A stretch of 64,000 nucleotides of DNA from Myxococcota bacterium (GTDB lineage Bacteria; Myxococcota_A; UBA9160; SZUA-336), in NCBI GenBank assembly GCA_965247115.1, contig CBDFGR010000002.1, positions 224,001-288,000 on the forward strand, read 5' to 3'. The position numbers and the translations under genes were made by a program. Shown here in pieces: positions 11,823-20,587 of this stretch (positions within the stretch are counted from its first letter, which is position 1; every line of letters starts with the position of its first letter). The notes beneath the pieces were generated by a model. The model saw only the letters and a list, made by a program, of their open reading frames with translations. It was not told where the DNA came from and searched no databases.

Positions 11823-12799
11823 GCAAGATCGAGTGGACCGACGCCACGTGGAACCCGGTTCGGGGCTGTACGCGCGTCTCGCCTGGCTGCGAGCACTGTT
11901 ACGCGGAGAAGATCGCACATCGGTTCAGCGGTCCCGGTGGTGCCTATGAAGGTCTCACCGAGCAGCGCGGCGGGCATCTGTACGGTGCGCGCTGGACTGG
12001 CAAGATCCGCCTAGTGCCCGAGAAGCTCGAGGAACCGCTCCACTGGCGAAAGCCGCGCATGGTCTTCGTCAACTCCATGTCGGACCTCTTCCACGAGGGC
12101 GTGCCGGACGAGTACATCGACGAGGTGTTTGCCGTGATGGCTGCGACACCGGAGCACACGTATCAGATTCTCACGAAGAGACCGGAGCGGATGCTGAAGT
12201 GGTCTCGCGTTGCGATGGAGAGCAAGCCCACCGTGCGCTGCAACGAGTACGCCCGGTTCGATGACGGTCTGTGGTGCAACAGTGAGACGCAGATCCAGTG
12301 GCCGCTCCCGAACGTCTGGCTCGGCGTCTCGGTCGAGGATCAGAAGCGCGTGGACGAGCGGATTCCGCTGCTGCTCCAGACGCCAGCGGCGGTGCGGTTC
12401 CTCAGCGTCGAGCCGCTGCTGGGGCCTGTGGATCTCTTTCCCTGGATGCCTCTTGGGCGAGGGCTTGAGCTCGACTGGATTATCGTTGGAGGCGAGAGCG
12501 GACCTGGCGCGCGACCGTGCGACGTGGGCTGGGTTCAGTCGATTGTCGCGCAGTGTCGCGAGGCGAGGGTGCCGTGCTTCGTGAAGCAGCTCGGCTCTCG
12601 ACCCGTCGATGCCTCGTGGCGATCAGGCGTCTATGCGCCTGAAGATTATCGAACCCCTCGGGTTGCCGGCGGAGGCACCCCACCGAATCTCTTACTGCTG
12701 AAGGATCGCAAGGGCGGCAACCCCGACGAGTGGCCTGAGGATCTTCGCGTGCGGGAGTGGCCGAGTGCGTCGGGCAGCAGTCAATCGGACATTCCATGA
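11819..12799 (+). CDS. Phage Gp37/Gp68 (DUF5131) radical-SAM-like protein
   Basis: SKIEWTDATWNP, GCTRVSPGCEHCYA, VFVNSMSDLFH, QILTKRP, FLSVEPLLG, WIIVGGESG, FVKQLG. Confidence 0.92.
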   Translation: MSKIEWTDATWNPVRGCTRVSPGCEHCYAEKIAHRFSGPGGAYEGLTEQRGGHLYGARWTGKIRLVPEKLEEPLHWRKPRMVFVNSMSDLFHEGVPDEYIDEVFAVMAATPEHTYQILTKRPERMLKWSRVAMESKPTVRCNEYARFDDGLWCNSETQIQWPLPNVWLGVSVEDQKRVDERIPLLLQTPAAVRFLSVEPLLGPVDLFPWMPLGRGLELDWIIVGGESGPGARPCDVGWVQSIVAQCREARVPCFVKQLGSRPVDASWRSGVYAPEDYRTPRVAGGGTPPNLLLLKDRKGGNPDEWPEDLRVREWPSASGSSQSDIP

Positions 12800-13062
12800 C
12801 GACGAACGGCAACCCCAACGATCTACGCTACGAACGCGAGACACGGCTGCTCTCCCGAGAGGAACTGGCCGAGCGGGCTGGTGTCCACTGGTCCACCGTC
12901 CGCGCCATCGAGCGCGGCTGGCATCGACCCCAGCTCCGCACCCGCCGATGGATCTTGGGGGCACTCGACATCCCTGTCGAAGAGCATCGGCGTGTCTGCG
13001 GACCTACGCGAAGCGATGGTCCAATGACGGGCATCCATCCCGCTTGTCGAGACAATGGCTGA
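12796..13062 (+). CDS. XRE-family HTH protein
   Basis: LSREELAERAGVHWSTVRAIERG; ATGA overlap with the upstream gene. Confidence 0.75.
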   Translation: MTTNGNPNDLRYERETRLLSREELAERAGVHWSTVRAIERGWHRPQLRTRRWILGALDIPVEEHRRVCGPTRSDGPMTGIHPACRDNG

Positions 13063-13447
13063 TCTCCGCGAGGTCATGCGGTGGATGGCGGGTAGGGATA
13101 CGGGCATGTCGTCGATGGCGCTCGCTCAATACATGGCCGGGATTGATCTCGACCGTGAGGACCCCGACGCCTGCGCCTACCCTCTTGATCCCGACGACTT
13201 GGGCCGGTGCCTGCGACTCCTCGAGAGGTTCCCAGAGTGGAAGGAACGGCTACCCGAGATGGAGGCGCTTGATCCAGTCTGGGGCGCCTTGGCGGAGCAC
13301 TGGGACGAACTCGCTGCTCTCTACCACGAGGAGGCTCGATTCCGGATGGCTCCCAAGTGCTACAAGCGAATGAGGGAGCTGATCGATCCGCTCCGGAACG
13401 TTCGACCGACGTTCATCCATCCCGTCAGTCAAGAAGGCGAACGATGA
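13055..13447 (+). CDS. Conserved phage hypothetical protein
   Basis: DTGMSS, YPLDPDDLGRCLRLL, W-EL motifs; overlaps both neighbours. Confidence 0.7.
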   Translation: MADLREVMRWMAGRDTGMSSMALAQYMAGIDLDREDPDACAYPLDPDDLGRCLRLLERFPEWKERLPEMEALDPVWGALAEHWDELAALYHEEARFRMAPKCYKRMRELIDPLRNVRPTFIHPVSQEGER

Positions 13448-14400
13448 ACGAGCCGCTCAATGTCTATGACCCGGTTCGGGAGAAATCTGGAAGCCTCGAA
13501 AATCTGCTTGAGGCCAACCAGAGACATCGGGATAGCCAGTGGCCGGAGCCGTTCGATAAGACGACACACACGCTCCACCTGGGCGACGCGAGGAAGCTGG
13601 ATCAGATAGAAGCGGGCTCCATACATCTGATTGTCACATCCCCGCCATACTGGACGTTGAAAAAGTATCCCGCTGCCAAAGACCAGCTTGGCGATATAGA
13701 AGATTACGAGCAGTTTCTGGTGTCTCTAGATCGCGTATGGCGCGAGTGTGAGCGCGTGTTGGTGCCAGGTGGGAGGATCTGCTGCGTGGTCGGCGACGTG
13801 TGTATGTCGAGGAAAAAGAACGGGAAACACTACGTCGTGCCGTTACATGCGGATATTCAGGTCCGATCCCGCGCGCTGGGTCTGGACTGTCTTACGCCGA
13901 TCTTCTGGCACAAGATCTCTAACGGCCTCCAAGAGGCGAGCGGAAACGGGGCGCGCTACTACGGAAAGCCGTACCAGCCCGGCGGCGTGATTAAGAATGA
14001 TGTGGAATACATTCTGTTCTTCAGGAAGGGAGCAGGTTACCGCTCGCCGTCCGCCGAGCAACAGGCACTCTCGATGCTGACCAAAGCGGAGGTTCGGAGC
14101 TGGTTCAAGTCGGCGTGGACGGACATTAAAGGGGCTTCGACGCGGAACGGACACCCGGCGCCCTATCCCACGGAAGTTGCTGAGCGCCTGATCCGCATGT
14201 TTTCGTTCGCTGGGGATACTGTACTAGACCCATTTGTCGGGACCGATTCAACCCTGATCGCTGCGATGCACATGGGCCGGAATTCCATAGGAATCGAGAT
14301 TGAGCCAGCTTACCTTGAACTTGCCAAATACCGTCTTGAAGGTGAACTCGAAACACATCGCTTCAACGTAAACACCACAGCCTTGCTGATCGGACCGTAG
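13444..14400 (+). CDS. N4/N6 DNA methyltransferase (beta class)
   Basis: VTSPPYW, HPAPYP, VLDPFVGTDST (atypical D), GIEIE. Confidence 0.9.
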   Translation: MNEPLNVYDPVREKSGSLENLLEANQRHRDSQWPEPFDKTTHTLHLGDARKLDQIEAGSIHLIVTSPPYWTLKKYPAAKDQLGDIEDYEQFLVSLDRVWRECERVLVPGGRICCVVGDVCMSRKKNGKHYVVPLHADIQVRSRALGLDCLTPIFWHKISNGLQEASGNGARYYGKPYQPGGVIKNDVEYILFFRKGAGYRSPSAEQQALSMLTKAEVRSWFKSAWTDIKGASTRNGHPAPYPTEVAERLIRMFSFAGDTVLDPFVGTDSTLIAAMHMGRNSIGIEIEPAYLELAKYRLEGELETHRFNVNTTALLIGP

Positions 14401-14558
14401 TGACCTCGCAAACCGTCGGAGACGAAGCGCTGGCGGCTCGGGCGTGGAAAGTTTCAGGGATAATTCCCCAAGTGGAGATCACTAGGGTGACCTCAGAACT
14501 CGGATTAGGCCCCGTCGAATCGACCGACGGGTACAGACCCAGCGGGTCAGGAGGGAGA

Positions 14559-14894
14559 ATGAGCCACACGCCTACGCCGTGGATGTATCAAGAGCGCGGG
14601 CCGCGAGAAGTAAAGCTTCTCCGGGTTCACTATGAGATCGGCTCTCAGGCAAATGGGGAAGGAATCGGACTTGCTTTTGGCGACGATGAAGTGAACGCCG
14701 AGCACATCGTCCGCTGCGTGAACTCCCACGACGCGCTCGTAGAGGCGCTGCTCGAGGCGCAAATGGAGCTGCTCCATGTCGCCGGGGGGCAGGGTAAGCC
14801 TGAGGCTGCGAAGGACATGCTCCCCCGCATCCGGGACGCACTCAACTTGGCCGATGGACTGACGGGCAGCCAACCCGCGGGTCAAGGAGACTGA
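14559..14894 (+). CDS. Phage hypothetical protein
   Basis: AGGAGG RBS; MSHTPTPW start and NAEHIVRCVNSHDALVEAL motif typical of phage early genes. Confidence 0.7.
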   Translation: MSHTPTPWMYQERGPREVKLLRVHYEIGSQANGEGIGLAFGDDEVNAEHIVRCVNSHDALVEALLEAQMELLHVAGGQGKPEAAKDMLPRIRDALNLADGLTGSQPAGQGD

Positions 14895-15887
14895 GTGCTG
14901 GTCCGTGGCGACGCTCGAGCGATTCCTCTGGCCGACCAGGTGGCCGACTGCGTCGTGACCAGCCCTCCGTACTGGGGCCTGCGGACCTACGAGCTCGACG
15001 GCCAGATCGGCCTCGAGGAGACGCCCGCTGAGTACCTCGAGGAGCTCCTGGCCGTGTTCCGGGAGGTACACCGCGTCCTCAAGCCAGAGGGGACGCTCTG
15101 GCTCAACCTGGGCGACTGCTACGTCTCTGCCCCGAGCAGCGGCCACGGCTGGGACAAGAGCACGCTGACGCTGCCGAAGAGCCGCGAGCGCAAGATCCAG
15201 CACGCGCAGAGGGCCTCGCGGCTCAAGGGCCGGAAGTTCGAGGGCCTCAAGCCAAAGGACATGGTCGGGATGCCCTGGACGGTCGCGCTCGCGCTGCGCA
15301 ACGAGGGCTGGTATCTGCGGCGGGACATCATCTGGCACAAGCTATCGCCAATGCCCGAGGCAGTGGTGGATCGCCCAACGTCTGCGCACGAGTACCTGTT
15401 CCTGCTGGCCAAGTCTCGCCGCTACTACTACGACGCAGAGGCGATCAAAGAGCCAGCCGTCACCGCCAGCCGTGTGTCTCCCCGCCCGGTCAACCCAAAG
15501 GCCAAGGTTCTGGCTGGTTGGGACACGCGATCAGGTTCCCACCGTCACCTCACAGGGCGCTATCCGGCCCCAAAGCAGAACGCCGGAACTGCCGCGCGCA
15601 TCGCCAACTTTGTCGAGACTCGAAGTGCGCGCACTGTCTGGAGCCTGGCCACAGAGCCCTACCGCGGCGCGCACATGGCCGTCTTCCCCACCGAGCTCGC
15701 GAAGCGGTGCATCCTCGCGGGCTGTCCGGCCGGCGGGCTTGTGTTCGATCCATTCGTCGGATCGGGGACGACTGTGAAGGTCGCGATCGAGCTCGGCCGC
15801 CGAGGCCTCGGGATGGACCTCAAGCACGACTACCTGCACGACCAGGCGCGCGAGCGAATCAAGACAACGGTGGGGATGGGGTGGTGA
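14895..15887 (+). CDS. N4/N6 DNA methyltransferase (phage type)
   Basis: VTSPPYWGLR, LWLNLGD, IIWHK, HEYLFL, VFDPFVGSGTT. Confidence 0.92.
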   Translation: MLVRGDARAIPLADQVADCVVTSPPYWGLRTYELDGQIGLEETPAEYLEELLAVFREVHRVLKPEGTLWLNLGDCYVSAPSSGHGWDKSTLTLPKSRERKIQHAQRASRLKGRKFEGLKPKDMVGMPWTVALALRNEGWYLRRDIIWHKLSPMPEAVVDRPTSAHEYLFLLAKSRRYYYDAEAIKEPAVTASRVSPRPVNPKAKVLAGWDTRSGSHRHLTGRYPAPKQNAGTAARIANFVETRSARTVWSLATEPYRGAHMAVFPTELAKRCILAGCPAGGLVFDPFVGSGTTVKVAIELGRRGLGMDLKHDYLHDQARERIKTTVGMGW

Positions 15888-16198
15888 CGGTCATCCATCC
15901 CGTCGGCGAAGAATCGTCGGAGTGAGCCTCGAATTGCAGCTCGACGGAGCCATCGGCTCGAGCTCCTGAGCCACAGCATCGAGCTTGTCGCGGAGCCAGA
16001 GGGTCTCTCGGTAGTGGCGGCGGGCTAGGACGCTGGGGTCGTGGGGGGTCCTGGTCCATCGCGAGAAGAGCCTATCCTGATGCGACCAGGTGTGCGGCCC
16101 GCGCAGAGCTACTCGTTTTGCTGCTGAACGCTTCCCCCGCGTTCGCCCGGTGGAGGGCTTGACGAATCGGCTGCCATCGTAGAGAACCGTAGTACGTC

Positions 16199-16249
16199 GG
16201 GTGGCCACCTCGATCCTCATGGCCAACCCGTCGAGCGAGGTGGCCACCC
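16199..16249. promoter_or_regulatory. 14-bp inverted repeat (GGGTGGCCACCTCG...CGAGGTGGCCACCC) abutting the start codon
   Basis: Perfect IR at 16199-16212 and 16236-16249; ATG at 16250. Confidence 0.6.
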
Positions 16250-17569
16250 ATGGCGGAAATCATCACGATCCGACCGGCAGACCTGCTGATCGACTCGGAT
16301 AACCCGCGTCTGCTGCAACCCAACAGCGGCCAGCGCGAGGCTCTGCAATCTCTCGCCGCGAGCCAAGGCCGAAAGGTGCTGGTACTGGCCGAGGACATCT
16401 TGAAATACGGCATGAGCCCAGCAGACCTCATGATCGTTATGTCACATCCAAAGGACAATCTCCGTCGCTACGTTGTGCTTGAAGGGAACCGACGACTGGC
16501 CGCCCTGCGTGCACTTGAGAACCCAGAGGTGATCAAAGGCCACGTCGAACCCAGCGTCCTCGCGGCGGTGCGCAAGTTGAGCAAAGAATACGAAGAGGCA
16601 CCCGTCGAGTCCTTAAACTGTGTGTCCGTCAAGGACCGAAAGGAATCTGACCACTGGATCGAACTGCGGCACACCGGGGAAAACAAGGGAGCCGGCCTTG
16701 TCCCGTGGGGAAGTGACGAAGCCTCGAGGTTCAAAACCAGAGGGAGTGGAAAACGGGAGCTCTATTCGCAGGCGCTCGACTTTCTCGAGGAGCGTGGAGA
16801 CCTGAGCCCTGAGAATCGCCGGAAGGTGCCGGCGACGACCTACAGGCGCCTCTTGGGAACTCCCGAAGTGCGGGCGAATCTCGGCATTGAGATTCAGCAC
16901 GGGGAAATGAGCCTCCTCGGCACTCCAGCGAGCGTCGCGAGGGCACTACTCTACGTTGCGAGTGATCTTTCCAGCCGTCATATAAAAGTAGCCGATGTAT
17001 ATACCCGCCCTCAGCGGCTCGACTACGCCAGAAAGCTCCCTCCGAATATCCTCGTCAAACACACAAGGAAGAGCAGGGCCGGAATCTCGGTGTCCGGTGT
17101 ACGCAAGAAGACGACGAGGAAGAAGGCGAGGCGTCGCCGCGTCCGTGACACGCTGATTCCGAGCGATTGTATCTTGCAGGTCACGGAGGAGCGGCCGAGT
17201 GAGATCGAGCACGAACTCAGAAGTCTGAAGCTCTCTGATTACCCGAACGCCATCTCCGTGCTCTTCCGCGTGTTCGTCGAGTTGAGTGCTGACGCCTACG
17301 TAGAAAGCAACGCGCTATCACCCGAGAACGACAAGCTCCGATCCAAGATTGATGCTGTTCTCAAACACTTGCGTGCAAACGACAAGCTAACGCGTCAGCA
17401 GGCGACTCCGGTGCGCCGAGCGCTTCAAAAGGACTCGTTCCTAACGCCGTCCGTGGACCAAATGAACGACTACGTCCACAATCAGTACGCTTTCCCTGCT
17501 TCCTCGGACCTTCGCGCCTTCTGGAACGGTCTCCAGCCCTTCATGATGGCGGTTTGGTCGGTCAGATGA
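16250..17569 (+). CDS. ParB-like N-terminal / HEPN-like C-terminal protein (PD-lambda-5A-like)
   Basis: LLIDSDNPR, YVVLEGNRRLAAL; C-terminal SVLFRVFVELS...MNDYVHN; followed by a Dam-type MTase. Confidence 0.65.
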   Translation: MAEIITIRPADLLIDSDNPRLLQPNSGQREALQSLAASQGRKVLVLAEDILKYGMSPADLMIVMSHPKDNLRRYVVLEGNRRLAALRALENPEVIKGHVEPSVLAAVRKLSKEYEEAPVESLNCVSVKDRKESDHWIELRHTGENKGAGLVPWGSDEASRFKTRGSGKRELYSQALDFLEERGDLSPENRRKVPATTYRRLLGTPEVRANLGIEIQHGEMSLLGTPASVARALLYVASDLSSRHIKVADVYTRPQRLDYARKLPPNILVKHTRKSRAGISVSGVRKKTTRKKARRRRVRDTLIPSDCILQVTEERPSEIEHELRSLKLSDYPNAISVLFRVFVELSADAYVESNALSPENDKLRSKIDAVLKHLRANDKLTRQQATPVRRALQKDSFLTPSVDQMNDYVHNQYAFPASSDLRAFWNGLQPFMMAVWSVR

Positions 17570-17619
17570 AGATCCGGCGAGAGGTGGCCAACTTGCGACG
17601 AACTATCTAGCCTCCGGGC

Positions 17620-18504
17620 GTGCCCTTCTACTCGCCGCTTCGTTACCCCGGAGGCAAGCGTCGCCTTGCACCTGCGATCATGCGCCTGGTCGAGGACAAC
17701 GGGCTCAAGGACATTCAGTACGTAGAGCCCTACGCTGGCGGCGCCTCGGTCGCGATCGCGATGCTTCTAGAAGAGTACGCCTCGGTCGTGCACATCAACG
17801 ACCTGAGCCTTCCCGTTTACGCATTCTGGCACACGGTTCTGAACCAGACGGACTGGCTCTGTAGACGGATCGAACGAGCTCGCGTCACGATGCGCCAGTG
17901 GCGAATCCAACGGACAATCTACGAAGCGGCAGGGACGGCGGATCTAGCCGAACTTGGGTTCGCAACACTCTTCCTGAATCGCACGAACCGATCGGGAATC
18001 GTTGGCGGTGGCGTTATTGGCGGAAAGTCCCAAGATGGCGAATGGAGTATGGACGTTCGATTCGGACGGCCGGAACTCATTCGCAGAATCCGAGCCATCG
18101 GTAGATACGCCAGCAGAATAAAGCTCTACCGGATGGACGCTCTAGACTTCACTGGGACAGTCGCTTCGCTCGGTCGAAACACATTCACCTTCTACGACCC
18201 GCCCTACATTGAGAACGGCCATAAGCTCTATTTGAACGACTACACGATCGCGGGGCATCGCCGGCTGGCTGCGCGCGTGTCTAGGCTCAAGCGCCCCTGG
18301 GTCGTTACCTACGACATGGCTGCGATTGGGCATGGTCTCTACGAGAACTTCCGGCGGGTTGCCTACGAGCTTAGCTATACGACTCAGGACCGCTACCGAG
18401 GTCGGGAGGTAATGTTCGTCTCCGACGGCTTGCGGCTGCCGAAACTGACGGCGTTGATGGGTCCGCGTATGCGACTCATACGCCACCAGACCCAGGTTCA
18501 TTGA
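17620..18504 (+). CDS. D12-class DNA adenine methyltransferase
   Basis: SPLRYPGGK, YVEPYAGGAS, FLNRTNRSG, FYDPPY. Confidence 0.92.
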   Translation: MPFYSPLRYPGGKRRLAPAIMRLVEDNGLKDIQYVEPYAGGASVAIAMLLEEYASVVHINDLSLPVYAFWHTVLNQTDWLCRRIERARVTMRQWRIQRTIYEAAGTADLAELGFATLFLNRTNRSGIVGGGVIGGKSQDGEWSMDVRFGRPELIRRIRAIGRYASRIKLYRMDALDFTGTVASLGRNTFTFYDPPYIENGHKLYLNDYTIAGHRRLAARVSRLKRPWVVTYDMAAIGHGLYENFRRVAYELSYTTQDRYRGREVMFVSDGLRLPKLTALMGPRMRLIRHQTQVH

Positions 18505-18684
18505 TCCCGACTTCGGCATTCTCGAGCCCCGGCCTGCCGCCGCGCGACGCCATCCGCTATTTCCGTCGAGGGGCCTACTCGAATCGAGAGAATTGGACGG
18601 CCTCCTCAGTGCATCGGCTGGATCTTACGCGGGGCGCCACAAGGGTACGAAGGAAACCTCCTCCCACAGGTCTGCACCGACGGC

Positions 18685-19881
18685 CTACTCGGTGACCTCA
18701 TCCAGGAGCTGATCGAGCTGGCCGGTCCATTCGGAGCCCTCAACCGTTGGTCGATGGTGGAGGTGGGCCGGACAGAAGGGCTTCGGGCCGCGGTCCATCG
18801 TTGCCGTTGACCGGAACCGGTACTCCCAGCTCTTCGTCACTGGGTGAAGACATGCTGCCAGCACCTCGAACTCGTCGGGATGGTAGTAGCGACTGCACGG
18901 GTCTCTTTTCGATGCGCGAGTCCGTTGGAAGTCCACGACGGCTGCCCCCGATGCGCGCGTCCGCCGCAGGACGTTCTTGCATTCGATGTGAACGGGCCGC
19001 CTGCGTTTGTACTCCACCCAGAAGTCCGGCCGGCCGTCCTCGTCGATCTTCTCGAAGGCTGTGACGCTGGGCACTTGGCCCAGGTGGGTCACCAGATGAT
19101 CCTCGGCCGCCGCGCCTCGCAACGCGGCCTTGGCACGGAACGCGAGGCCGTGGAGGAAGCGGAGGATCGCGTCGTCTGACGTGTAGCCCAGCTCCTCCTC
19201 CAGCTTCTGTCGCACGTCATCGAGAGTGAGGATCTCAGCGGGCTGCTCAGGCACAGGAGCCAGCTGCTCTGCGATTAGGAGACGCTCTCCAGGATCGAGG
19301 CCGATCGTTGCTCGCTCAACCTGAATGAAGCGGAAGAAGTTCTCGGGCGTGAACGCGAGGAGGGCCTCGACCTCCGCGCGATCTTCAGGCATCGGCCTCT
19401 GGCGCCGGGCCTCCGAGCGCTCGCGCTCCCACCCCAGCCAGCCGGACTGGCGTGTGGCCTCGACATGGTGAGTCTTGAACTCGACAGACCGGCTGAAGCG
19501 CGTCGGGTTGTGCATCGCTGGATCGCACGCGACGAAGACGCCCTCGTCCTCGTCGATCCCGACGCCGAAGAACAGCGTGATCTTTCGCCCGTCAGGATCC
19601 AGCCAGATCTCGTGGTACTTCGGATCGTCACGCGTACCGAAGTCCGAGCCGTACTTCACCTGGAAGCGGTGCTCATCCTTGGGTCTGCCCTGCTGGCCGT
19701 ACTTGCTCGCTGTGAAGGCGTAGCACACCAGCTCGAGCATCTCGCCGTCTGGCGACTCGACGGTGAGCTCGTAGGGCGCCGTCGTGGGGTCCGGCTCGCT
19801 CAGAACCCGGCCCCCGCTACGCTCGACGGCGTCGAGAATCCGACGAACCCGCGCCTGCCCCAGCGAGCCGAACTTCCGCAT
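18685..19881 (-). CDS. Putative PD-(D/E)XK restriction-type endonuclease with an unassigned N-terminal domain
   Basis: C-terminal AAED...GRPDFWVEY...IECKN; last gene of the dcm operon. Confidence 0.6.
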   Translation of the reverse strand: MRKFGSLGQARVRRILDAVERSGGRVLSEPDPTTAPYELTVESPDGEMLELVCYAFTASKYGQQGRPKDEHRFQVKYGSDFGTRDDPKYHEIWLDPDGRKITLFFGVGIDEDEGVFVACDPAMHNPTRFSRSVEFKTHHVEATRQSGWLGWERERSEARRQRPMPEDRAEVEALLAFTPENFFRFIQVERATIGLDPGERLLIAEQLAPVPEQPAEILTLDDVRQKLEEELGYTSDDAILRFLHGLAFRAKAALRGAAAEDHLVTHLGQVPSVTAFEKIDEDGRPDFWVEYKRRRPVHIECKNVLRRTRASGAAVVDFQRTRASKRDPCSRYYHPDEFEVLAACLHPVTKSWEYRFRSTATMDRGPKPFCPAHLHHRPTVEGSEWTGQLDQLLDEVTE

Positions 19882-19882
19882 G

Positions 19883-20557
19883 TCATGCCGCCTTCGCCGA
19901 TGGGCACAGGTCAGCGATCGCGCACTCGCCGCACCTCGGCGATCTCGCAACGCACACTATCCTGCCGTGGGCAACCAGAGTCACGTGGAGGGATGCGCGA
20001 AGGCCGGGCGGGATGTGCTCTTCGAGCTCTCGACCGCGCGTGTCTGACCATGAGCCCGCCGGGGCCAGGTCGAGCCGCTGTGCGATTCGCCACACGTGCG
20101 TATCGACCGGGAACGTGTCCCGTCCGAGGGTGTAGAGCATGACGCACCGCGCGGTCTTGGTCGCGACGCCGGGGAGCGTGGTCAGGTACTCCTCGACCTC
20201 CTTGTCCTTCAGGCCACGCAGCCGCTCGAGGCTGAGCTTGCCTTCGCGGCGCTCGATCTCGTCGAGGATCTGGTGAAGGTGTCGTGCCTTCGTCTGCGCG
20301 AGCCCGGCATCCCGCAGAACGAGCTCGAGCTCGTCTCGGGGCGCGTCGCGAACGGAGCCCCATGTCGGGAGCTGCTCTCGGAGCGCGTTGTACGCCCGAA
20401 GGTACTTGACCTCCTGGGTCATCCTCGAGAGCGCGACGAAAATCAGGTCGTCGAGCGGATCTTCAGGGTTGTGGTGCCGGGGCTGGTCGTACTCCTCGCG
20501 GAGTCGCCTCTCGATCTCGAGGATCCGTGACTCTTCAGCCGTGTCGCCCAAGGGCAC
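19883..20557 (-). CDS. HhH-GPD DNA glycosylase / endonuclease III-related protein with 4Fe-4S motif
   Basis: LPGVATKTARCV (HhH with Lys), FPVDTHVWRI, C-x6-C-x2-C-x5-C. Confidence 0.88.
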   Translation of the reverse strand: MPLGDTAEESRILEIERRLREEYDQPRHHNPEDPLDDLIFVALSRMTQEVKYLRAYNALREQLPTWGSVRDAPRDELELVLRDAGLAQTKARHLHQILDEIERREGKLSLERLRGLKDKEVEEYLTTLPGVATKTARCVMLYTLGRDTFPVDTHVWRIAQRLDLAPAGSWSDTRGRELEEHIPPGLRASLHVTLVAHGRIVCVARSPRCGECAIADLCPSAKAA

Positions 20558-20587
20558 CCCTCCCGACGCCCCATCGTACCGCTGCGG

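Noticed and set aside
11589..15567. 197-bp repeat pair as a DGR template/variable repeat
   Set aside because: Only one mismatch, no reverse transcriptase in the window, and the target is mid-MTase.
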